From Alphaproteobacteria bacterium (GTDB lineage Bacteria; Pseudomonadota; Alphaproteobacteria; HIMB59; GCA-002718135), in NCBI GenBank assembly GCA_045560945.1, contig JBJKYR010000053.1, forward strand, positions 7,605 through 71,604: 64,000 nucleotides of DNA, read 5' to 3'. Positions 1-9,961 of this stretch are shown piece by piece. Numbering within the stretch: position 1 is the stretch's first letter; each line of letters begins with the position of its first letter. The position numbers were made by a program, and so were the translations under genes. Under the pieces are notes generated by a model. That model made no database searches. It worked only from the letters and a program-made list of their open reading frames with translations, and was not told the DNA's origin.

Positions 1-493
1 TCCAATCATATAAAGATATTTTAGATGATGCAAAATGTATAGCATATCCTTTTGCTCCTGAATAAATTTTTTTATCTTTAAAGTGAGCATAACTTAATCC
101 AGTACCTATATTTATATATGCAAAATTTTTATAATTTTTAGCAACTCCAAAGTATTTTTCAGCTCTTAAATGACAGCGAACATCAGAGTCGACATTAACT
201 TTATAATTTTTTGGAAAATAATTTACTAAATTTTTATTATTCCAATTAAAGTTATAATTACCCTTAATAATACCTCTATTATTAATTAGCTCTGGTACAC
301 CAATTCCAATATGTTTTATTTTATTTTTGTCAGATAGATTTAAAATATTACTTATAATTAAATGTAAACTCTTTTTATCATTACCAAAACTTTTTGATGG
401 TATAATCAACTTTTCATAAACTTTACCATTATTATCATCAATAATACCTATTGCAGTTTTTGTTCCACCAATATCTACACCTATTACTTTCAT
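1..493 (-). CDS. ROK-family sugar kinase (glucokinase / N-acetylglucosamine kinase-like), 3' end cut by window edge
   Basis: My own translation of the minus strand from ATG at 493-491 stays open to position 2: MKVIGVDIGGTKTAIGIIDDNNGKVYEK...AYINIGTGLSYAHF... It has a DIGGT phosphate-binding motif and an INIGTG motif typical of ROK/glucokinase kinases. It is absent from the ORF track because it is truncated. Confidence 0.7.
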   Translation of the reverse strand, partial: MKVIGVDIGGTKTAIGIIDDNNGKVYEKLIIPSKSFGNDKKSLHLIISNILNLSDKNKIKHIGIGVPELINNRGIIKGNYNFNWNNKNLVNYFPKNYKVNVDSDVRCHLRAEKYFGVAKNYKNFAYINIGTGLSYAHFKDKKIYSGAKGYAIHFASSKISLYDW

Positions 494-495
494 AA

Positions 496-1260
496 TTAAA
501 TTTTAACTTTTTTATCAATATATATTTTACTATTTTTACAACTATAAATAATTGATGCTGGCCAGGATTTATCAAATTTCATTAAAGATGATATTTTTTT
601 AAATGCCTGTCTTTTTTCAATACCTGACAAAACTAAAATTGCACTTTTACTTAAAGATGAAATAGTTTTTAATCCTACTGTTAATCCAAATTTAGGAACT
701 TCATTTATTTTTTTAAAATTTGAAAATGTTTTTATGTTATCTCTTCTAGTACTTTCAGATAGTTTTGTAATATGTGTTCTTTGGTTTATTTTGGAAAAAG
801 CATTATTGAATGCAACATGACCATCAGAACTACCAGAAGCTAATAAAAATATATCTATACCTCCTAGACTTTTAATGATCTTATCATAGTTATTTGGTTT
901 TTTTACTGATGGGAATAAAATATTATAATCTTTAAGAGAATTTTTTTTATTTTTTTTATAATTTAGTAATTTTTTTATAACATTTTTAGAAAATCTAACA
1001 CAGCTGAAATGTAGTTTTGGATTTATTAATAAATATTCATTTTTTCTTTTAACTACATACTCATCCATCATAATAATAGTGAGTTTGTCTAAACTAATTT
1101 TGTATTTATATGATAAAGTTCCCAAATAATAATAAGTTTTTTTTAATGATCGACCTCCAGGACATCCTAAAACAAATGTCTTTTTATTTTTTAATTTCGT
1201 TAATATCTCTAGTGCAAGATTTTTAGATAAATTTTTTTCATTGTCAAAAGTCTTTATCAT
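496..1260 (-). CDS. Glucosamine-6-phosphate deaminase / 6-phosphogluconolactonase (NagB/Pgl) family protein
   Basis: 254 aa. The LGCPGGRS, MMDEYV and SGSSDGHVAFN motifs fit the NagB/Pgl fold, and DEY favours the NagB-like branch. Its start abuts the stop of the upstream permease at 1260. Confidence 0.6.
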   Translation of the reverse strand: MIKTFDNEKNLSKNLALEILTKLKNKKTFVLGCPGGRSLKKTYYYLGTLSYKYKISLDKLTIIMMDEYVVKRKNEYLLINPKLHFSCVRFSKNVIKKLLNYKKNKKNSLKDYNILFPSVKKPNNYDKIIKSLGGIDIFLLASGSSDGHVAFNNAFSKINQRTHITKLSESTRRDNIKTFSNFKKINEVPKFGLTVGLKTISSLSKSAILVLSGIEKRQAFKKISSLMKFDKSWPASIIYSCKNSKIYIDKKVKI

Positions 1261-2087
1261 TATTCTTTAACTGCACCTGTAACCATGCCTGAAATAAATC
1301 GTCGTTGAAGAAACACATACATTATTAATACTGGTAAGGCGACCCAGATTGCTGCTGCAGCTGTAATAGCAGGATCACCGTATCTTTTATTACCAGCAAA
1401 ATAGCTTAAAGCCAGTGGTGCAGTTCTCATATCTGCGTCTTGAATCATTATTAAGGCGAGTAAAAACTCGTTCCAAGTCCACATAAATAACAATACAGTT
1501 AATGTTAATATAGCTGGTATCATTTGAGGAATAAGGATTTTTATTAAAATTGTAAATCGACCTGCGCCTTCAATCATTGCAGCCTCAGATAAGCTTTTTG
1601 GTATAGCTTTAAAACTAGCTCTTAACCAAAATATACTAAATGGAATTGATAAACCTATTTGTGGAAGAATTAATGACCAATAAGTATTAGATAAATTATA
1701 ACTTTTCATAGTATAATATAATGAAATAACAATTGACTCATACGGCAAAACTAATCCTACTAACAATAGTGCAAATAATGGTGTGACGCCAAATATATCT
1801 AATTTTTCAAAAGCATAGGCAGCCAATGTACTGCAAAAAATAGTAACTGAAACAACGCCAAAGACCACAACAAAAGAGTTGAAAATTCCATTACTAAATC
1901 CACCGTCAGTCCACGCTTTAACAAAATTATCAAAATAAATTCCAGACGGAACTGTAAATCCAGAAATTCTCTTTCCTGGTTCACTTAAGGCTAAAAATAA
2001 TATTGAAAAGAAAGGATATAAAACAATAATGGATCCAATGATAAAAATAGAATGAGCTATCACTTTTTCACGATTTTGATAATTCAT
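1260..2087 (-). CDS. Carbohydrate ABC transporter permease (MalG/CUT1-type)
   Basis: 275 aa polytopic membrane protein with an EAA-like loop (SLSEAAMIEGAGRFTILIKILIP). It shares a 4-nt overlap with the upstream permease. Confidence 0.85.
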   Translation of the reverse strand: MNYQNREKVIAHSIFIIGSIIVLYPFFSILFLALSEPGKRISGFTVPSGIYFDNFVKAWTDGGFSNGIFNSFVVVFGVVSVTIFCSTLAAYAFEKLDIFGVTPLFALLLVGLVLPYESIVISLYYTMKSYNLSNTYWSLILPQIGLSIPFSIFWLRASFKAIPKSLSEAAMIEGAGRFTILIKILIPQMIPAILTLTVLLFMWTWNEFLLALIMIQDADMRTAPLALSYFAGNKRYGDPAITAAAAIWVALPVLIMYVFLQRRFISGMVTGAVKE

Positions 2088-2983
2088 TTTTTATCCTTAA
2101 AAATAAGTAAAATTATAGAGACGAGTGTAAAAATTAAAAAAGTTAACATTATACCAAGAGACGAAGCTGAACCGACTTGATTCATTTGAAAAGCTTTCTT
2201 ATAGATAAACATTGATGGAATCATAGTTGAAGTTCCTGGCCCACCTCCAGTGGTTATATAAATTAAATCAAAATTTCTTAATGCTAACGTTACAGTAAAT
2301 ACTAAAGCAACAACTATTTCGCCTTTTAAATTAGGTAGTGTTACATTGAAAAATTCTGATATTGCTCCTGCCCCATCTACTTTAGCTGCATCATAAAGTT
2401 CAGTAGGTATTTTTTGAACTCCAGCAATAAATAAAATCATCGTAAAACCAAACATAACCCATGTTCCAATTAAGCCTACAAAAGGTAGCGCATAGTCAAA
2501 AGAACCAAGCCATGCTCGTGATACTTCTTCAAGTCCAAAAAAATCTAAACCTGAATTTAATGGACCTTTAGGAGCATAAATCCATCTCCAAGCTATACCA
2601 ACAACAATCATTGATAAAATTTGAGGTAGAAAAAGTATAGCTCTATATGTTGACATACCGTGAACTTTAACTCTAATCATTAGACCTGCAATTAATAAAC
2701 CAATTATAATTGGTAAGATTGAGTAAAAAATTATTAAAATAAAAGAATGCTTTATAGATGAGGTAATTTTTTTATTTTGTAAATTTTTAGCATATTGTTC
2801 TAATCCAACCCATTTTTTTTCAGATATACCATTCCATTCAGTAAATGAATTATAAAAAGTATCAGCTAAAGGAAAAAAAACAAAAACTAAGTAAAAAATA
2901 AAGGCTGGTATTAAATAAAGATAAGATGAATAGTCAACTTTGTTTTGAGGCCTATAAATATATTTTGTACTCATAGACCTCAA
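2084..2983 (-). CDS. Carbohydrate ABC transporter permease (MalF/CUT1-type)
   Basis: 299 aa with six predicted hydrophobic spans and an EAA loop (ELYDAAKVDGAGAISEFFNVTLP). It lies directly downstream of the binding-protein gene. Confidence 0.85.
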   Translation of the reverse strand: MRSMSTKYIYRPQNKVDYSSYLYLIPAFIFYLVFVFFPLADTFYNSFTEWNGISEKKWVGLEQYAKNLQNKKITSSIKHSFILIIFYSILPIIIGLLIAGLMIRVKVHGMSTYRAILFLPQILSMIVVGIAWRWIYAPKGPLNSGLDFFGLEEVSRAWLGSFDYALPFVGLIGTWVMFGFTMILFIAGVQKIPTELYDAAKVDGAGAISEFFNVTLPNLKGEIVVALVFTVTLALRNFDLIYITTGGGPGTSTMIPSMFIYKKAFQMNQVGSASSLGIMLTFLIFTLVSIILLIFKDKK

Positions 2984-2993
2984 AGAGGAAGAA

Positions 2994-4232
2994 TTAATTT
3001 ACACTTTCAGCTGCCATTGCATCCATAAACTCTTGTGCAGATGCAGCACCACCAATAACTTTTTGTAATTCTTGTGTCACGGTGTCATACATACCAGGCG
3101 TAGCCCAGTCTGTATAGAAAGTTTTAGCGTTAGCTCCTACTAAAGCATTTGATGCCGCAATAACTTCCGCTTGAAGATTTGAAGTTGGATCAATTGTAGG
3201 AGATTGTGCTGGCACTCTCCCTACACCCATTAAATCATCAATGAACTCATTACTTAACAAATGATTAATAAATTTTGCTGCTAAGGCTGGATTAGCTGAT
3301 TTAGAACTAATGTGCCATGGTAATGCGAAAGAGCCACCACCGGCTACCCCCCCACTCGCTCTTGGCATAGCAAAAGCTCCAACATTATCACCCATACCTG
3401 AATTAAAATCAGCTGTCATCCATGTACCAGTTAAATTGAAAACACCTTGTCCATTCATAAACATTGCATTAGCATCATCATATCCAATTCCTAGAGAGTC
3501 AGAACCAAAATACCCTGCGCTAGCCATATCAGCAAGTTTTGCAGCTGCTCTCATTCTATCATCAGTCATAAAATCAGTATTTTTAGCATTGAAAATCCAA
3601 CTTCTTGTTTGATTTGGATCAACAAAAGCTCCTTCTACTAATCCCCATACGTGAATAATTGGCCATCCATCTGCTCCACCTAGTGCAATTGGTAATTCAC
3701 CAGCATCTTTTGATACTTGCAATGCATTTTCAAATTCAGCAAAATTTGATGGAACTGATAGTCCAAGGGATGCAAGCTTATCTTTGTTGTAATAAACAAT
3801 TACATCTTCTGCTACAGGACTGATGCCATAAAGATTTCCAGAGCCCCAAGTTGTTCCATCGTCACTCCACATAAATTCAGCTAATGCTCCATCTGCAAAA
3901 AGATTTTTCCAACCATATGCATCGGCATATTTTTCTAATGAAATAACCAATCCATTTTGAATAAGTGTTCCGTCAACAGTAAATCCTTGGTTACCATGAG
4001 CAAGATCAGGCGGATTATTATCTGCCATTTTTAATTTAATAGTAGACATGAAGTCGTCCCATCCAAGATAGCTTGCTTCAACAGTAACACCGGGATTAGC
4101 TTCTTCAAATTGTGCGATAGCAGCTGTTAGAGTAGCTTCATCTCCTGCTTCAGCCAGTATACGAAGATTATCAGCTTTACTTGCAAATGAAAAAGCAAGA
4201 ATAGCTGTGATAATCAAAAATATTTTTTTCAT
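2994..4232 (-). CDS. Extracellular sugar-binding protein of ABC transporter (family 1 SBP)
   Basis: 412 aa with an N-terminal signal peptide (MKKIFLIITAILAFSFASKA). Size and composition are typical of CUT1 solute-binding proteins, and it is the first gene of the SBP-permease-permease operon. Confidence 0.8.
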   Translation of the reverse strand: MKKIFLIITAILAFSFASKADNLRILAEAGDEATLTAAIAQFEEANPGVTVEASYLGWDDFMSTIKLKMADNNPPDLAHGNQGFTVDGTLIQNGLVISLEKYADAYGWKNLFADGALAEFMWSDDGTTWGSGNLYGISPVAEDVIVYYNKDKLASLGLSVPSNFAEFENALQVSKDAGELPIALGGADGWPIIHVWGLVEGAFVDPNQTRSWIFNAKNTDFMTDDRMRAAAKLADMASAGYFGSDSLGIGYDDANAMFMNGQGVFNLTGTWMTADFNSGMGDNVGAFAMPRASGGVAGGGSFALPWHISSKSANPALAAKFINHLLSNEFIDDLMGVGRVPAQSPTIDPTSNLQAEVIAASNALVGANAKTFYTDWATPGMYDTVTQELQKVIGGAASAQEFMDAMAAESVN

Positions 4233-4387
4233 TTAACCTCCCAGTTATTATGTAAGACATATAAGAATACAAAATTATCAAAAAATCAAAAAAAATTTCA
4301 CTTAATTATTAAGATTACTTTCTAAGTGTATAAAAAATTCTATGATTTAGTTGAAAATATAAGACTTTTGGTGTTAAATATTATTCA

Positions 4388-5713
4388 ATGACAGAAAAAA
4401 TAGTATTAATTGGTGCTGGTAGTGCAAATTTTGGCTTAGAGGCTGTATCTGATATTTATCGCTCTAAAATTCTTGAAGGGAGTGATATTGTACTACATGA
4501 TACTGATGCAAAGTCTCTTAAAGAAACTCAAGAAGTAGCAGATAAATACAAAGGAGAGTTCGGTGTTACTTTTAATGTTAAGTCTTCTATAGACCGAAAA
4601 GAAGCATTAAAGGGAGCTACAGTAATAGTAATATCAATTGAAGTTGCACCTCGATTTGGTTTATGGGATCAGGATTGGAAAATTCCTCAACAATATGGTA
4701 TGAAACAAATTTATGCAGAAAATGGTGGTCCTGGTGGTTTATTTCATTCGTTAAGAATAATCCCACCAATTTTAGAAATTTGTGAAGATATAAATAATAT
4801 ATGTCCTGAGGCCTATGTTTATAATTTTAGTAACCCCATGCAAAGAATTTGTCATGCAGTAACTGTAAAGTATCCAAATATGAAATTTATTGGATTATGT
4901 CATGCTATAGCGGAAATGGAAAGAGATTTACCTGAATTATTAAATACAGATTTTTCTAATATTGAATATCGTGCTGGAGGATTAAATCATATTAGTATTC
5001 TTACCGATGTAAAATATAAAGATACAAAAAAAGATGCATACCCTCTTATAAGAAAAAAGGCATTAGAATATTACAAGAACTATATTATTGATTTTGAAAA
5101 AATGAATGAACAATCTACTTCACCTGGAGCTGAAAGAGGAATATTTTTAAAATTATTTGAAACATATAATTATTTACCAATCACAACTGATAGTCATCTT
5201 GGTGAATATCTCCCTTGGGCTCATAGTATTGCTGATCATTATGCTATTCTAGAATTTTATAAAAATTATAAAGTAAATTGTCAGACTATCTATAGGTCAG
5301 AAAAAATGCACAGTTTTTATTTTGATCAAAATCGTCATTCTAAAGAAAGGCTTGTAGATTTAATGGAAGCTGTTGTAGAGGATCGAAATATGGAAGAAGC
5401 AGCCGTTAATATTCTAAATGAAGGATATATAAAACAACTTCCTAATGATATAGTTGTAGAAGTGCCAGCAATGGTAAACAAAAAAGGCATTAAGGGCATT
5501 AAATTAGATAATTATCCGGATAATTTTGCTTCAATTCTAGTTAATCAAGTTGGAACTATTCGTTTAACAACAACTGCTGTATTAGAGCAATCAAAAGAAG
5601 CTGCCTTTCATGCTTTATTAGCAGATCCAGTTGTGGATAATTTTGGTCAAGCTCAAAAATTATTAGATACTATGATAACTTTTCAAAAAGAACATTTAGG
5701 TTATTTAAAATAA
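4388..5713 (+). CDS. Glycoside hydrolase family 4 (NAD+/Mn2+-dependent glycosidase)
   Basis: 441 aa with an N-terminal Rossmann motif (KIVLIGAGSANFG) and the conserved FIGLCHA cysteine motif characteristic of GH4. Confidence 0.8.
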   Translation: MTEKIVLIGAGSANFGLEAVSDIYRSKILEGSDIVLHDTDAKSLKETQEVADKYKGEFGVTFNVKSSIDRKEALKGATVIVISIEVAPRFGLWDQDWKIPQQYGMKQIYAENGGPGGLFHSLRIIPPILEICEDINNICPEAYVYNFSNPMQRICHAVTVKYPNMKFIGLCHAIAEMERDLPELLNTDFSNIEYRAGGLNHISILTDVKYKDTKKDAYPLIRKKALEYYKNYIIDFEKMNEQSTSPGAERGIFLKLFETYNYLPITTDSHLGEYLPWAHSIADHYAILEFYKNYKVNCQTIYRSEKMHSFYFDQNRHSKERLVDLMEAVVEDRNMEEAAVNILNEGYIKQLPNDIVVEVPAMVNKKGIKGIKLDNYPDNFASILVNQVGTIRLTTTAVLEQSKEAAFHALLADPVVDNFGQAQKLLDTMITFQKEHLGYLK

Positions 5714-5714
5714 A

Positions 5715-6818
5715 TTGATACATTTAGGTATTATTGGATGTGGCTCAGTTATGCAGGGTCCTTACATGGAGTTAGTAAATAAACTTGCATTTAAAAATAT
5801 CATAAATTTAAAATCTATTTCTGATAAAAATGTAAAATTAGAGAGAGTTTTAAAAAAAAAATTTAAATTTCAATATTTTTATAATGATTATAAAAAAATT
5901 CTAAATGATAAACAAATTGATGTTGTACTTATTTTAACATCAATGAACGAACATGCATCTATTGCCAAAGAGGCTTTATTAAGTAAGAAACATGTTTTGG
6001 TTGAAAAACCTATGTCTACAAATATGGAAGATTTAAAAAAATTATTTTTACTTGCAAAAAAATCTAAAAATTTATTTGTGGCTGCTCCTTTCGTTATATT
6101 AAGTCCTACTTTTCAAGCAATTCATCAAGAAATAAATAATAACACTATAGGTAAGATATCTTTAGCAAGAGCTAGATATGGATGGTCCGGTCCGAACTGG
6201 GGTGAATGGTATTATAAAACAGGTGGTGGACCACTTTTTGATCTAGGAGTGTATAATATTACAACTTTAACAGGCCTTTTAGGGCCTGTTAAAAATATTA
6301 TAGCAAAATCATCAATTTCAAAACCATTTAGAAAAATAAATGGAAAAAAAATAAAAGTTATCACGGATGATAATTTTCAAATTTTATTAGAATTTCAAAA
6401 TAAATGTATATCAGTTGTTACAACTGGCTTCACTATGCAACAATATAGTTCACCAGCAGTTGAGCTTTACGGATCAGATGGAACTATTCAAATGCTTGGT
6501 GATGATTGGGAACCTAAAGGATATGAAATTTGGAACAATAAGAGATCTTCATGGGAATTATTTAAAACTCCATATGCTAATTGGCCTTGGGCATCGGGCT
6601 TTACACATCTTATTGATTGCATTATTAATAAAAAAAAACCTATGATATGCTTAGACCATGCGTACCATGTTAATGAAATTATGATTAAAATTTATGAGTC
6701 TTCTAAAAAAAATAAATCAATTTCTATTAATAGTTCTTTTAAACCTTTAAAATTTAATAAAAAAATTAAAATTAAAAAAAGCTATTTAGATCATGACAGG
6801 AATCATGATGACATATAA
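5715..6818 (+). CDS. Gfo/Idh/MocA family NAD(P)-dependent oxidoreductase
   Basis: 367 aa with a TTG start 1 nt after the GH4 stop. It has N-terminal GIIGCGSV and the EKPM motif (VLVEKPMS) typical of Gfo/Idh/MocA. Confidence 0.8.
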   Translation: MIHLGIIGCGSVMQGPYMELVNKLAFKNIINLKSISDKNVKLERVLKKKFKFQYFYNDYKKILNDKQIDVVLILTSMNEHASIAKEALLSKKHVLVEKPMSTNMEDLKKLFLLAKKSKNLFVAAPFVILSPTFQAIHQEINNNTIGKISLARARYGWSGPNWGEWYYKTGGGPLFDLGVYNITTLTGLLGPVKNIIAKSSISKPFRKINGKKIKVITDDNFQILLEFQNKCISVVTTGFTMQQYSSPAVELYGSDGTIQMLGDDWEPKGYEIWNNKRSSWELFKTPYANWPWASGFTHLIDCIINKKKPMICLDHAYHVNEIMIKIYESSKKNKSISINSSFKPLKFNKKIKIKKSYLDHDRNHDDI

Positions 6819-7629
6819 GTCCTCACCAAAACCAAATTATTTTAAACCAACTCTTATAAAATATGAATTAATGGAAACGTATATTTGGGGTGATGCTGAA
6901 GCAGGAAATGTTAAGGATTGGATCTATGTATCCAATGAAAGCTTACATCAGATAATATTTGGAATGGAGCCAGGTGCTAATTTCAAACATTCTAACCAAT
7001 ATAGGACAATATTTGGAGCTGATGAATTATTATATGTTCTTTCGGGAGTTTTAGTAATTAGTAATCCTGAAACTGGAGAAGTGCAAAAAATTAATAAGGG
7101 TGAGTCAGTTTTTTTCCGTAAAGATACATGGCATCATGCATTTAATTTTAGTAATGAATATTTGCAAGTTTTAGAGTTTTTTTCACCACCTCCAATCACC
7201 GGAACGTCAGGAGCTTATGGTAAAAAACAAAAGTTACTTACACATTCTATTTATAATTGCAATAAAGACAATACTAATGATGAATCATTTATTAAGGAGA
7301 GATCCTTTAAAACAATTAGAGAAAAAGATTATATTTGGTCAATTGATGGTCCAAATCAAGAAACATTAATAGGAACATTAATTAAAACAGAATTTTTAGA
7401 TGTTAGAATTATTACTTTAGGTGCGTTTAAAAAAAGTCATATATTTAAATATGATAAAAATACTTCTTACTTAAGTTTAGATGATAATTTGAGAGTAAAC
7501 ATTATTGAAGAAAAAAATTGTTATAATTTAAAAAAGAAAGATGGTTTATATATTCCGAGCTTAACTCAGTTTACACTTGAAAATTTAAATAATTATGAAG
7601 CAAGAATAATTATTTGTGTTGGTTTATAA
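6793..7629 (+). CDS. Cupin-domain protein (function unknown)
   Basis: 278 aa. The N-terminal half has a cupin-like G-x5-H...WHHAFN pattern. The C-terminal half is low-complexity and AT-driven. It overlaps the preceding gene by 26 nt, so the true start may be a downstream Met. Confidence 0.45.
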   Translation: MTGIMMTYKSSPKPNYFKPTLIKYELMETYIWGDAEAGNVKDWIYVSNESLHQIIFGMEPGANFKHSNQYRTIFGADELLYVLSGVLVISNPETGEVQKINKGESVFFRKDTWHHAFNFSNEYLQVLEFFSPPPITGTSGAYGKKQKLLTHSIYNCNKDNTNDESFIKERSFKTIREKDYIWSIDGPNQETLIGTLIKTEFLDVRIITLGAFKKSHIFKYDKNTSYLSLDDNLRVNIIEEKNCYNLKKKDGLYIPSLTQFTLENLNNYEARIIICVGL

Positions 7630-7823
7630 GATTACTTTTTATTAACTGATTCAAAAATTAATTGAAATAAATAGTGGCACCGACAAGGAGTAAATTCACA
7701 ACAAGTACAGTGCAAAATAAAAGAACTATTTTATCTATCAATGCCACAGTTATAATCTAAAGATCAAAATTGACATCAAAGAGGTCTAAATGTGTTGGTA
7801 ATAAGATATTAAAATAATAATCT

Positions 7824-7900
7824 TGGCGTGCCCGGCATGATTCGAACATACGACCCCCAGATTAGGAATCTGGTGCTCTATCCAACTGAGCTACGGGCAC
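7824..7900 (-). tRNA. tRNA-Arg (anticodon CCT), CCA encoded
   Basis: Hand-folded cloverleaf. The acceptor is GTGCCCG/CGGGCAC, the D-arm is GCTC-AGTTGGATA-GAGC, the anticodon stem is CCAGA/TCTGG with loop TTCCTAA, the T-loop is TTCGAAT, and the 3' end is CCA. Confidence 0.9.
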
Positions 7901-7927
7901 TTATTTATTTATAGTCGTTTTATCAAG

Positions 7928-8764
7928 TTAGTTATTAAAAGTAATAGCTTTAAATTTTTGCGTTTGAGTCATAAGCGCTTGTTCAACTGGTAAACGCTCC
8001 ATACTGCTAGCCCCATAAAAACCTTGAATATTTTTACAATTATTAAGAATAAAACTAGCATCATTTGGCATAGCTATTGGACCTCCATGACAAAGAACAA
8101 TAATGTCATCACGAATATTACGTGCAGCTTCTGCCCATTCATCAATAATAGGAATACAATCTTTTAAATTTAATACTGTTTCCGACCCGATGCTGCCACC
8201 AGAAGTTAAACCCATATGACAAACAATGATATCAGCGCCAGCTTTGGTCATTTTTTCAGCATCTTTTTTAGAAAAAACATAAGGTGTGGTGAGCATATCA
8301 TGCTTGTTTGCTTTTTTAATCATGTCAACTTCAAGGTTGTAACTCATTCCTGTCTCTTCTAAATTTTCTCTAAAAACACCATCAATAAGTCCAACTGTTG
8401 GAAAATTCTGAACACCTGAAAAACCTAATCGTTTTAATTCAGGTATGAAGACATCAAGGTCACAAAAGGGATCAGTGCCATTTATACCTGCTATAACAGG
8501 TGTTTTTTTAGTAACAGGTAAAATCTCTTTAGCCATATCAAGTAATATTTCATTAGCATTACCATATGCGAGTAAACCTGCTAGAGATCCCAGTCCAGCC
8601 ATACGGTAGCGACCTGAATTATAAATGACAATTAAATCAATACCTCCAGCCTCTTCCCATTTAGCTGAAAGACCTGTCCCTGCACCGCCTCCAATAATAG
8701 GTTCACGTCTTACAATCATACTTTTAAATTTTGCAAGTATCTGAGATCGTTCAATTATAGGCAT
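7928..8764 (-). CDS. Phosphoenolpyruvate-hydrolase-like TIM-barrel protein (Tm-1 C-terminal-domain-like), function unknown
   Basis: 278 aa. The N-terminus ([49 protein letters not shown]) matches the conserved start of the TIM-barrel family that is normally paired with UPF0261 proteins. Confidence 0.7.
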   Translation of the reverse strand: MPIIERSQILAKFKSMIVRREPIIGGGAGTGLSAKWEEAGGIDLIVIYNSGRYRMAGLGSLAGLLAYGNANEILLDMAKEILPVTKKTPVIAGINGTDPFCDLDVFIPELKRLGFSGVQNFPTVGLIDGVFRENLEETGMSYNLEVDMIKKANKHDMLTTPYVFSKKDAEKMTKAGADIIVCHMGLTSGGSIGSETVLNLKDCIPIIDEWAEAARNIRDDIIVLCHGGPIAMPNDASFILNNCKNIQGFYGASSMERLPVEQALMTQTQKFKAITFNN

Positions 8765-8773
8765 AAATATTCT

Positions 8774-9958
8774 TTATATGATTTTTTTAAATTGTTTAAC
8801 TAATTCCTTTGAAAATTCTGGATCGTTGATGTTGTGATTAAGTTTAATTAGTTTTCTTTTCTCTGTCTGCATTACGTTGTTCTCTATAGCGTCAAAAAGA
8901 GCTGCATCAGCTCTGGGATTATAAAATACTTGCCCTTCTGAGTCTAGTGAAGATAAGCCTTTTAAAGGTAATAAAAAACGTACCTCTCCTTTCATTTGAT
9001 TAAGTTTATCAGCAATCCATTGACCTATATATTTATTTTCTTCTATTGTAGTACGCATAAGAGTAACATTTGAATTATGAGAGTGTAACTTTCTTTCTTT
9101 GTATTTTTGGGGTACACTTTCTTTTGCTCCAAAGTTAACCATATCCAAAGCGCCACAAGAACCAACATAAGGAAGTTTGGTACGAATAATACTATTTAAA
9201 CGATCTTCACCAGCACTAAAAACACCACCCATTAGAAGATCACAAATTTCTGTTGTCGTTGCATCAATTAGCCCTTTAACAAATCCTGATTCAACTAATT
9301 TTTCCATTGATTGTCCTCCTGTTCCTGTGGCATGAAAAACAATACAATCAAAATCAGATTCGAGTTCTTTTACTACTGCTTGAATACAGGGTGTAGTAAC
9401 CCCAAACATACTCAGACCTATGGCAGGTTTATTTTTAACTTTTGGGATACAAGATTTGACCATACCAGCAATTGCATGAGCACCATTACCTAAAACTTTT
9501 CTAGAAATTCTATTTAAACCTTGAATATCTGTAATCGAATATATCATACAGATATCATTAGGTCCTACATAAGGTTGAACGTTACCAGAGGCTACCGTTG
9601 AAATCATAACCTTAGGTATTCCAACAGGTAAAGTTCGCATTGCTGCTGTGACCAATTCTGTTCCACCTGAACCACCTGCACTAATAATACCTTCAATATC
9701 AGTTCGTGAACTAATAAAATGTTTAAGTGCAATACTCATTTGCGTTATTGCTTTACCACGATCATCATCAAATACGTTTACTGCTCTGTTTGGATGATGA
9801 TTTGCAACAATCTGAGAATTTACATCTACATTTTTAGAATTAACTAATGTGCTTACATCAACGAGTAAAGTTGAAGTACCAGTACGTTTAATTAAATCAC
9901 TTATATAGTTTAATTCTAGTCCTTTGGTATCGAATGTGCCAATCACATATATAGTCAT
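8774..9958 (-). CDS. UPF0261 / Tm-1-like ATP-binding domain protein, function unknown
   Basis: 394 aa. The YVIGTFDTKGLEL start and SAGGSGGTELV motif are typical of UPF0261. It sits 9 nt upstream of its usual TIM-barrel partner. Confidence 0.7.
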   Translation of the reverse strand: MTIYVIGTFDTKGLELNYISDLIKRTGTSTLLVDVSTLVNSKNVDVNSQIVANHHPNRAVNVFDDDRGKAITQMSIALKHFISSRTDIEGIISAGGSGGTELVTAAMRTLPVGIPKVMISTVASGNVQPYVGPNDICMIYSITDIQGLNRISRKVLGNGAHAIAGMVKSCIPKVKNKPAIGLSMFGVTTPCIQAVVKELESDFDCIVFHATGTGGQSMEKLVESGFVKGLIDATTTEICDLLMGGVFSAGEDRLNSIIRTKLPYVGSCGALDMVNFGAKESVPQKYKERKLHSHNSNVTLMRTTIEENKYIGQWIADKLNQMKGEVRFLLPLKGLSSLDSEGQVFYNPRADAALFDAIENNVMQTEKRKLIKLNHNINDPEFSKELVKQFKKII

Positions 9959-9961
9959 AGC

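Noticed and set aside
3310-3612. 100-aa plus-strand ORF inside the sugar-binding-protein gene.
   Set aside because: It is antisense to a well-supported CDS. Its Ala/Pro/Leu-rich composition is what the reverse complement of an Ala/Gly-rich gene produces, and it has no start context.
7675-7692. TGGCAC hexamer in the spacer next to tRNA-Arg(CCT), reminiscent of a sigma-54 -24 element.
   Set aside because: The required -12 TTGC element is absent at the correct 5-nt spacing (the sequence is TGGCAC-CGACA-AGGA). No gene lies downstream in that orientation before the tRNA.
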